Notes under the pieces: generated by a model
What the model was told of the DNA's origin: nothing
What the model saw: only the letters and a program-made list of their open reading frames with translations
Database searches by the model: none
NCBI GenBank assembly: GCA_044222185.1
Contig: JBGANV010000001.1
Span: forward strand, 1,600,001-1,664,000
Direction of reading: 5' to 3'
Source of the DNA: Planctomycetota bacterium
GTDB taxonomy: Bacteria; Planctomycetota; GCA-002687715; CAIWVZ01
Length of the DNA stretch: 64,000 nt
Program-made: the position numbers and the translations under genes
Shown: one piece after another, positions 56,731 through 64,000 of the stretch
How positions within the stretch are numbered: position 1 is the stretch's first letter
Layout: each line of letters opens with the position of its first letter

Positions 56731-57159
56731 TCAGTTGCGTAACTTGTCGAGCATGTCCTGGAGCTGCGCCGTCTTCGCGGCGAGTTCCTTGTTCTTCTGA
56801 GCGAGCCGTTCGATCGTCGCCGCATCGCCGGCCTTCACGCCGTTGGCCGTGGCCTTCTTCCATGCGGCCGTCACGTCCGCCATGTCCTTCTTCACGGACT
56901 CGAGCGCGGCGATCAACGTCGCCTTGTCCTTCGCCTTGTCGCCAGTGAGCCTGGGCACGTCGGCGGCCGGTGCCGCCGGTTGCGACTGCGCAGGCTGCTG
57001 CTGCCGCGTCTCCGGCTTGCGCGCCGGCGCTTCCTGCGGCTCCGAGCCGAGCTGATCGAACGACGCCGACGCCGCACGGTTCTGCGCGATGCCGGCTTCG
57101 GGCCGGCCGCAGGCCATGGCAAGGAACGTGACGAGAGCCGTGAAGGTGGCGAGCTTCAT
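56731..57159 (-). CDS. Hypothetical lipoprotein, coiled-coil
   Basis: MKLATF...LAMA-C lipobox, Q/P linker and a helical C-terminus. Confidence 0.75.
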   Translation of the reverse strand: MKLATFTALVTFLAMACGRPEAGIAQNRAASASFDQLGSEPQEAPARKPETRQQQPAQSQPAAPAADVPRLTGDKAKDKATLIAALESVKKDMADVTAAWKKATANGVKAGDAATIERLAQKNKELAAKTAQLQDMLDKLRN

Positions 57160-57256
57160 GCGCGGATGAGACGAATGGCATTCGCGAATGTTCCGGGGAG
57201 CTTTTTTCACGGCGCACTATCATGGCCCCACCATGGGGTTTTTGGGAAGGCCGATC

Positions 57257-59965
57257 ATGCACCGATGTTCCTCTGCCGCGCTCGCCCTCCTCGTCATCCT
57301 GCCGCTGGGCCTGCCCGCGCAGGACAGCCGCCCGACCGTCGTTCGCGGTCGGGTCGTGGCCGCAGGGTCCGATTCGCCCCCGCCCAACGTCACTCTCCAA
57401 CTCCGCGAAGGCCGCCGGTCCCGCGAGGGCCGCGCCATCGCCGTCGGTGCAGACGGGACCTTCGAAGCCCCGACCTCCCGGCCGGGCAACTACGTGCTCG
57501 TAGCCCGCGCCTCGGGATTCGTGTCGCTCACAAAGCCCGTGGTCGTTCCGACTTCCGGCCCCGTCGACATGCTGCTCGAACGCGGTGCCACGGTCCGGGG
57601 GATCGTCCTCGATCGACGCGATCGCAAGCCGGTTCCGGGCGCCCAGATCACCCAGGGGATCGGGAGCGAGCCGGTCGGAACGGGCCCCGATGGGTCCTTC
57701 ACCCTCGACGGTCTGCCGCCGGGCGACGAGACCGTGTCGTTCGGGGTCCGTGCCAAGGGGTATGCGTTCCTCGAAGCGACCGCCCGCCCCGACGGCTCGG
57801 AGCCGATGACGCTTCTCCTGGAACCGGGCTGGGTGGCGGCCGTCCGCGTCGTCGACGAGCACCTGTCGCCGATGTCGGATGCGGAGGTGCACGCCCGACT
57901 CCCCTTCGCCATCGCCTACTCGAGCCTCGATCGCCAGGACTTCCCCGCGAAGACCGATGCTGCCGGAATCGCCCGCGTGGAGGGGCTGCCGCCCGGGCAG
58001 CCGGTCGTGTTCGAAGTGACGACGGATGGCGTGTCGACCCAGTCGGCCGTCGTGCTTCCCGAGCGCCCCGAGCGCGACGGACCGCCAGTCGGACCGGCCG
58101 CGCAGATCGTCGCCGGCCTGGGGACCTGGACGACGTTCCGGATCGAGTCGCCAGACGACGAACCCGTGCCGGGCGCCGAGATCCACGTTCGCCCGGCGGT
58201 TGCGGGGCGACTGGACGTCCGCGGCCTGGTCACGGAGAGCCCGGAGCGTGGCTCCGTGCGCGACGCGAGTTCGGGCGCCGACGGCACTCTGACCTTGAAT
58301 CAGCTCCCGCGGCAGGTCCTGACGGCGGAGATCCGCGCCAAGGGGTTCCTCACGCAGGTCGTCACCTTCGAACCGGGCACGGGGGTCACGGGGTCGGGCG
58401 CGGATGCCGATTCGCACGTCGTCCACGTCGAGCTGGCCCACGACTCCGATCCCCCTCCCGCATCCGTTCCCTGGCAGCCGTCGGCGGATGCCGCGTTCCG
58501 CCTCGCGCGCGAGGCGCAACGGCCGATCCTGTTCGCGCTCGCGATGGACGGCGAGACGGCGAACGACGCCATGGCCGAGCACCACTTCCGCGATCCGGCA
58601 GTCGTGCAGACGCTCCGCGCCATGCCCTGCGTCATCTCGAACGTGTTCGGCCCCGGGGGTCGAATCGCACCGGGCGTCGCGCACATGGAGGTCGATGGCG
58701 TCTGCTCGCGTTACGGGAGGATCCCCTGCCGCGCTCATCAGGAAGTCGAGCCGTGGATCCGCTCGACGTTGATCGGGAAGGCGCCGTTCCAGGTCCCCAA
58801 GCACATCTTCGTCTCGCCCGAGGGAGAGGTCCTGATCGATCGCGGCTACTACCTCGGCGAGCGCGACCTCATGAACCTCGCCATGCGCGCCATGCGTCGA
58901 TGCAATCCCGAGATCGCCATGGCGATGGCGGCCGAGCGGCTGGCACCGCTGCGTGCACGACTGAATGACGACGATCCGGACGTCCGCCAATCCGCGGCAC
59001 GCCACCTCACGACGCTCGTGAACGCGGGAGACGAATGGGCGACGGCTCTGCTCCTGGAACTCGGACAGCTCGGCCTGCGAGCGGACGAGCGCGTTTCGGT
59101 GCTCGACGCGTTGATCCTCGATGCCATCGCGATGCCGGCGTCCGCCCTCGGAGGCTTTGCCCACGATGCGGATCCGGCCGTGCGTCGCCGAGTCTTCGAA
59201 CGGCTCGCCGACCGTGCCGGAGATCCCCCCGTTCTGGAACTCCTCACGGACTGTCTGATCGACGACGATCCGGAGGCCGGTGCCACGCTGCTGCGTGCCC
59301 TGCGCGTTCGCCAGGTGGAGGAACGGTGGGTCGTGGACGACCCGCTCGCGGCGGAGCGCTGGCGCATCGTCGTGAAGCTGATGACCGCGGTCGACCCGGA
59401 GGCGATCGGTGGCGCCACCGAGGTTCTCGGCGATCCCCGATGCCCGGGCCGAAATGCCGCACTGCGCGTCCTCGCCGCGCATCCTGACGTCGGTGCGGCC
59501 GTGCGCCGTCTGATCCCGCTCGCCGGCCAAGACGACTCCTCCGCCGTAGCCGCGCTTCGAGCCCTCGATCCGCTCCTCGCACTGGTCGACGAATCGGCGC
59601 CGGCCCTGAAGACCGTGTTCGCACAGAGTCGAAACGCATCCGCACTCGTACGCCAGGAGGCCGCGCGGCTGATCGGCCGCCACGCCCGCTCGCGTGACGG
59701 CCGCGCGCGTCTCGAGGAGATGCTCACCGACTCGGAGGTAGTCGTCCGCTGGACGGCCGCCATCGCGCTCTTCCGCGACGGTGGCGACGCCGGATCGAAC
59801 CTCGTGATCGCCGCGTTGAACGACCCCGAACTGGGAGATCAGGCCCGCGACGGACTCCTGGAGCGCTACGTCAACGCCCACCCGACGACCGCCGCCGAGT
59901 GGAGCGCGTGGCTCGCATCGCACCCGGGCGCCAGCCACCGCGGACCGGAGTCGAAAGAGAAGTGA
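57257..59965 (+). CDS. Exported carboxypeptidase-regulatory-like repeats + thioredoxin-like + HEAT repeat protein
   Basis: Signal peptide LPA|Q, beta repeats, a Thioredoxin_7-like segment (W....DAAF..A....RPIL) and HEAT repeats (LNDDDPDVR, HDADPAVR). Confidence 0.8.
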   Translation: MHRCSSAALALLVILPLGLPAQDSRPTVVRGRVVAAGSDSPPPNVTLQLREGRRSREGRAIAVGADGTFEAPTSRPGNYVLVARASGFVSLTKPVVVPTSGPVDMLLERGATVRGIVLDRRDRKPVPGAQITQGIGSEPVGTGPDGSFTLDGLPPGDETVSFGVRAKGYAFLEATARPDGSEPMTLLLEPGWVAAVRVVDEHLSPMSDAEVHARLPFAIAYSSLDRQDFPAKTDAAGIARVEGLPPGQPVVFEVTTDGVSTQSAVVLPERPERDGPPVGPAAQIVAGLGTWTTFRIESPDDEPVPGAEIHVRPAVAGRLDVRGLVTESPERGSVRDASSGADGTLTLNQLPRQVLTAEIRAKGFLTQVVTFEPGTGVTGSGADADSHVVHVELAHDSDPPPASVPWQPSADAAFRLAREAQRPILFALAMDGETANDAMAEHHFRDPAVVQTLRAMPCVISNVFGPGGRIAPGVAHMEVDGVCSRYGRIPCRAHQEVEPWIRSTLIGKAPFQVPKHIFVSPEGEVLIDRGYYLGERDLMNLAMRAMRRCNPEIAMAMAAERLAPLRARLNDDDPDVRQSAARHLTTLVNAGDEWATALLLELGQLGLRADERVSVLDALILDAIAMPASALGGFAHDADPAVRRRVFERLADRAGDPPVLELLTDCLIDDDPEAGATLLRALRVRQVEERWVVDDPLAAERWRIVVKLMTAVDPEAIGGATEVLGDPRCPGRNAALRVLAAHPDVGAAVRRLIPLAGQDDSSAVAALRALDPLLALVDESAPALKTVFAQSRNASALVRQEAARLIGRHARSRDGRARLEEMLTDSEVVVRWTAAIALFRDGGDAGSNLVIAALNDPELGDQARDGLLERYVNAHPTTAAEWSAWLASHPGASHRGPESKEK

Positions 59966-61722
59966 GGCGCGGCAGTCCGCCAGCCGCCGAGTCACCATTG
60001 GGCGCCACGCCGACGGCAGAGGTTCCCCCGCGCCGTATTCCGTGGGAGGCCGCCGGCCTCGCGCTGGTCGCGATCCTCTCGATCACCCCGGTCGTCTCGG
60101 ACGACGTGTGGATCTACCTCAAGACGGGCGAGCTCACGCTCGCGAGCGGACGCATCCTGTCGACCGACGACTTCTCGTTCACGCTCACCGGCGCACGCTG
60201 GGTGAATCACGAGTGGCTCGCGAACCTCGTCTTCTTCGGCGCGCACCAGGTCGGAGGTCCCTGGGGCCTGATCGCGCTGCGCTGCGCGCTGCTCCTCGCC
60301 ATGGCAGGCTTGCTCCTGCGCATGGCCCGCCGGGCGGGCACGCCGGCCCCGATCGCTGCGCTGCTTCTCGCGGCGACGGCGTTCGCCATGAGCGATCGCT
60401 TCATCGACCGCGCGCACCTCTTCAACTTCGTCGCCGTCGCGGCGTACGTCGATGCGCTACTCGGCATTCGGGACGGCGTCCGCACGCCGCGATGGCGGCT
60501 TCCGCTGATCCAGCTCGTCTGGGTGAACCTCCACTCGGGGGCCGTACTCGGACCGATCCTCGTCGGGCTCGCCCTGGCGGCGGCGGCCATGCGTGCGCTC
60601 GTCGGACGACGTCCGGTCCGCGCGGACCCGCAGGTGCGGCGGCTGGTCGTGGAACTCGCAGCCGTCGTCCTCGCATCGCTCGCGAACCCCTATTTCGCGG
60701 ATTCGCTCCTCTATCCGCTCCAGCAGGCCGGGTTCGATCTCTACCGCAAGCACGTTTACGAGTGGATGCCGATCTCGGCGCCCGCCTACGCCGGGTCCTG
60801 GATGCAGATCCTCTTCTGGACGTGCGTCGTCGCCGTCGCGTTCGTGATCGCGCTCCCCAGGCGGTTCCGCGCGGAGGAGGTCCTCTTCGCCGGCCTGTTC
60901 TTCACCATGGCGCTGTCGGCCGCGCGCTTCACGGCGAAGTTCGAGCTCGTCGCATTCCCGCTCATCGCCGCGCGATTGCGCGACGCGGTCGTGAGTCGAC
61001 TCGCGCGCATCGCGATCGGCGGCGTGATGCTTGCGGGAGCCTTCGGGTTGATCTTCGCCGGAAACCCGATCCGCGGCCCCATCCGTACGTTCGGCGGAGG
61101 CGTCGACATGCACGTCTACCCCGAGGGCGCGTGCAGGATCCTCGAAAACTCGCCCGCTCCGGTGCGCCTGTTCAACCAGTACGACATGGGGTCGTACCTC
61201 ATCTGGCGGCTCCATCCCCGAGTGCGCGTGTTCATCGACGGAAGGAATCAGGTCTATCCGGAAGCGTTCTATGCACGCTATCTCGCCTCCAACGACGCGC
61301 CGCAGAACTTCGCGGCGCTCGAACGGGAGTTCGGCCTCGATGCCGTGCTCCTCTACAACGAGCCCGGCGCGAACATCCCCGCGTTCCTCACGGCCCGCCC
61401 GGACTGGAAGCTCGTGTGGTTCGACGACTCCTCGGTCCTGTTCTTGAAGGATCGGCCCGACCGCGAGGAGGTACTGGCGTCACATACCTACCGGTTGTAT
61501 TCGCCCATCGTGGGCGCGCCGGGCAACAACGTCGCGAACGCCCTCGGTGCGGACCCGGCGCTGTTCATCCGCGAGCTCGAGCGCGCCGCGAGCGAAGCGC
61601 CCTTCGCCATCCGCCCGCGAAAGATCCTCGCCCACGCGTTGCGAGCCCGCGGCCGGGCCGAGGACGCGGCGCGAGTGGAAAACGAGATCCACGTGCTCGA
61701 AACCCGATTCCGCACGGGATGA
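59962..61722 (+). CDS. Polytopic membrane protein, putative GT-C glycosyltransferase with C-terminal TPR-like helices
   Basis: D.W..L..G, D.FSFT..G..W.NHEWL, WVNLHSG, ANPY, EW.P, FN.YD.G.YL.W and FIDGR motifs. Confidence 0.72.
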   Translation: MRRGSPPAAESPLGATPTAEVPPRRIPWEAAGLALVAILSITPVVSDDVWIYLKTGELTLASGRILSTDDFSFTLTGARWVNHEWLANLVFFGAHQVGGPWGLIALRCALLLAMAGLLLRMARRAGTPAPIAALLLAATAFAMSDRFIDRAHLFNFVAVAAYVDALLGIRDGVRTPRWRLPLIQLVWVNLHSGAVLGPILVGLALAAAAMRALVGRRPVRADPQVRRLVVELAAVVLASLANPYFADSLLYPLQQAGFDLYRKHVYEWMPISAPAYAGSWMQILFWTCVVAVAFVIALPRRFRAEEVLFAGLFFTMALSAARFTAKFELVAFPLIAARLRDAVVSRLARIAIGGVMLAGAFGLIFAGNPIRGPIRTFGGGVDMHVYPEGACRILENSPAPVRLFNQYDMGSYLIWRLHPRVRVFIDGRNQVYPEAFYARYLASNDAPQNFAALEREFGLDAVLLYNEPGANIPAFLTARPDWKLVWFDDSSVLFLKDRPDREEVLASHTYRLYSPIVGAPGNNVANALGADPALFIRELERAASEAPFAIRPRKILAHALRARGRAEDAARVENEIHVLETRFRTG

Positions 61723-61729
61723 CGCCGAC

Positions 61730-62068
61730 ATGAAGTTCAAACACCAGGAGGACGGAGACACGACGAGCGTCAGCCTCGTGGGACTCATCGACGTCGAGGG
61801 CTGCACCTGCCTCGCGAACTTCTTCGAGGCTCGGGTCGCGGGAGCCACCCGGCTCGACCTCGATCTGGGACGCGCCGATCTCTCTGCACCCGGCGCCGTC
61901 GACGTCCTGGCGGACCTGCTCGCGCGGGCCGTCCACGAGGGGACGCGGGTCATCGTCAGGAACTCGCCACCAACCCTCACGCGCGAGCTCGGGCGCCGCG
62001 AAGTCGACCGGACCGGGTACCTCGCGTTCGGTGAAACGGCGCCGGACGGTTCGTCACGGGACGTGTGA
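61730..62068 (+). CDS. STAS-like domain protein
   Basis: VSLVGLID...LDLDLGRADL.APGAV.VL pattern. Confidence 0.65.
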   Translation: MKFKHQEDGDTTSVSLVGLIDVEGCTCLANFFEARVAGATRLDLDLGRADLSAPGAVDVLADLLARAVHEGTRVIVRNSPPTLTRELGRREVDRTGYLAFGETAPDGSSRDV

Positions 62069-62102
62069 CCCGGCGACACGCCGAACGTCCGGTCGCCGAC
62101 GC

Positions 62103-63326
62103 ATGAAGCCCAAAGCACCGAGGTCGCACTCCATCCACTGGATCCGTTCCGTGGCCGCCTTCGCGGTGACGCTCGCCGTGTCGGCCCACCCGATTCCCGC
62201 TCAAACCGTGATCTTCTCCGACGCGTTCACGACGGGTGCGACCGGCTGGGCCATGCTCAACCAGAACAACGGACTTTGGCACTATGCGCCGACCGGGTCC
62301 TGCGGTGCCCTCACTCCACTCGTCGCCTACAACGCAGGAACGACGAGCTGCAACTACTCGACGGGCGCGGGGATCTCGAACTCCGGCGATCTCGTCTCGC
62401 CGTTCATCCCGCTCATCGGGACGCCCCCGTACACGCTCACCTACCTCTCGAAGCGCATGCTCGACTCGGCAGGCGGCGACTCGACGGTCGTCGCCGTGCG
62501 GCCCGCAGGCAGCACGGTCTGGACGAACGTCGGCACGCCAGCCGGCAACGTCGGTGCGACGCAACTGGAAACACACACGATTCCGCCGGGCTTCCAGGGC
62601 CAATCGATTCAGCTCGGATTCCGGTTCTCTGCCAACGGCACCGACAACTCCACGCTCGGATGGATGGTCGACTCGGTGAGCCTGACGAGCGCCGGGGCTC
62701 CGCCCCCGCCCACCGTCGCGACCATCGCACCCAATCACGGGCCGACGACGGGGCTCGGCGGCGTGACCATCTCAGGGACGAACTTCCTGGGGACCACATC
62801 GGTGGTCTTCGGGAGTGTCCCGGCGACCACGTTCACGGTCGTCAGCCAGACGTCCCTCGTCGTTACGGCTCCGCCCCAATCCGCGGGGTGGGTGAACGTG
62901 ACCGTCAACTCCGTCGGCGGAACCGGTGCGCTCGCGCAGGCTTTCGATTACTTCGTCAGCCCCACGACCTTCGGAGCCTCGTGCAACGGCGCGAACCTCG
63001 TGGCGTTTGGATCACCGACGCTCGGATCGAGCCTGACGATCCAGATCCAGAGCGGGGCGAACTCCGGACACGCCCTTTGCGTGGGGTTCTCCAACACCGC
63101 GTACGGCGCGACGCCGCTGCCCTGGTCGCTCACGCCGTTCGGATTCGTCGGGTGCTTTCTCCGCGTGTCCCCGGACCTCCTCCTCGATCTGGGGCCGAAC
63201 GCCTCCGTCCAATTCACCGTGCCGAACCTGCCGTCCCTCGTCGGGCTTCACCAGTACGTGCAGGGCGTGGCCCTCACCGCGATCACGAGCTTCACTCCCG
63301 GACTGGACGTTCTGATCGGCCCCTGA
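62103..63326 (+). CDS. Secreted protein with jelly-roll domain, IPT/TIG domain and C-terminal beta domain
   Basis: Signal peptide, IFSDAF...LVSP.I...GWMVDSV, and IPT (PTVATIAPNHGPTTG...VTISGTNF). Confidence 0.82.
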   Translation: MKPKAPRSHSIHWIRSVAAFAVTLAVSAHPIPAQTVIFSDAFTTGATGWAMLNQNNGLWHYAPTGSCGALTPLVAYNAGTTSCNYSTGAGISNSGDLVSPFIPLIGTPPYTLTYLSKRMLDSAGGDSTVVAVRPAGSTVWTNVGTPAGNVGATQLETHTIPPGFQGQSIQLGFRFSANGTDNSTLGWMVDSVSLTSAGAPPPPTVATIAPNHGPTTGLGGVTISGTNFLGTTSVVFGSVPATTFTVVSQTSLVVTAPPQSAGWVNVTVNSVGGTGALAQAFDYFVSPTTFGASCNGANLVAFGSPTLGSSLTIQIQSGANSGHALCVGFSNTAYGATPLPWSLTPFGFVGCFLRVSPDLLLDLGPNASVQFTVPNLPSLVGLHQYVQGVALTAITSFTPGLDVLIGP

Positions 63327-63340
63327 ATCGCGCGCCGACC

Positions 63341-64000
63341 TCAGAACCAGAACGACAACGTGAGGAAGACGGAGTCGACGGCGAACGATTGGTGCGATCC
63401 GTCCAGATCGCTGGAGACGAGGCTCTGATCCACGTGGATCGATCGCTCGAACGTGTGCTGCCACGCCAGGTCGACGGACCAATCCTGCTCGCGATACCCG
63501 ATGCCGGCAGCAGCCTGGAAACGTGAGTAGGCCGGAGCGTTCGGGTTGGCGCTCGCGTCGGTGACCGCGGCGGTCTGTGCGAGTCCCCCGATCCGCGCCG
63601 TCCAGCCGGGCTGGAACTCCCACTCCGCGCCCAGCGACACCGTCACCTGATCGCGCCAATCGAAGGCCTCGACCACGCGCAGGTGATCGGCACCGACGAA
63701 CGCGTTGAAACCCGGGTTGTCGCCGTTGCGCAGGTCGAGGACGAAGGCGTCATGGGTCGCCGACCAGTTCGTCCATCGGACTTCGGCCGACAAGCGCACG
63801 TCCTCCGCAGGACGCCACGCGGCCCCGAAGGCGACGGATTGCGGGTAGCCAAAGCCCTGGACGTGACCGTCGTAATGGATGAGATACCCGTCGGGGAACG
63901 TGATGGGGTCCGGCTCTCCGAAGATCCGCGTGATGTCGACCGTGACTTCGCCCCGGTAGTCCTGCCTGAACGCGGGCGATCGCCAGGCGAGGCCGAAGCT
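63341..64000 (-). CDS. OmpP1/FadL/TodX family outer-membrane transporter (5' end outside the window)
   Basis: Open frame to the window edge with PQSVAFG, WTNWS, WRDQ...LGAEW and ARIGG. Ends in Phe. Confidence 0.82.
   Translation of the reverse strand, partial: SFGLAWRSPAFRQDYRGEVTVDITRIFGEPDPITFPDGYLIHYDGHVQGFGYPQSVAFGAAWRPAEDVRLSAEVRWTNWSATHDAFVLDLRNGDNPGFNAFVGADHLRVVEAFDWRDQVTVSLGAEWEFQPGWTARIGGLAQTAAVTDASANPNAPAYSRFQAAAGIGYREQDWSVDLAWQHTFERSIHVDQSLVSSDLDGSHQSFAVDSVFLTLSFWF

Noticed and set aside
56726-59998. 1090-aa minus-strand ORF (likewise 3903..5963, 35772..37628, 47624..49636, 50809..52587 and others)
   Set aside because: No recognisable motifs, and each lies opposite a well-supported gene.

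Overview
This is a high-GC (roughly two-thirds G+C by eye) bacterial chromosome segment with no intact mobile element or CRISPR array. The gene styles suggest Planctomycetota (inference): many exported TPR, carboxypeptidase-regulatory-like and Ig proteins, a prenyltransferase-repeat lipoprotein, an HzsA-like heme protein and a fused PilM-like gene. Recognisable housekeeping genes are uvrB (partial), fur-feoA-feoB with a candidate Fur box, purD, xth, selA, selC, rsgA, ribBA, a PrkA-family ATPase, tRNA-Pro(UGG) and tRNA-Glu(UUC). An accessory stretch (about 15.8-29.8 kb) carries an ECF42-type sigma/YciI/DUF1579 operon with a matching promoter, plus SRPBCC, GNAT, DUF1801 and RibD_C genes. The main finding is a gene the ORF track splits in two: an exported deiodinase-like selenoprotein at 26872-27900, with an in-frame UGA in KCGFT-U-PPF and an fdhF-like SECIS hairpin, about 3-5 kb from selA/selC. 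Other notable signals are a stand-alone di-heme hydrazine-synthase-alpha-like protein, a C-terminal domain shared by unrelated secreted proteins, and a recurrent [A/D/E]-S-R-P motif in exported proteins. All family calls come from motif recognition; no database searches were run. Many starts were adjusted by eye from the ORF track.
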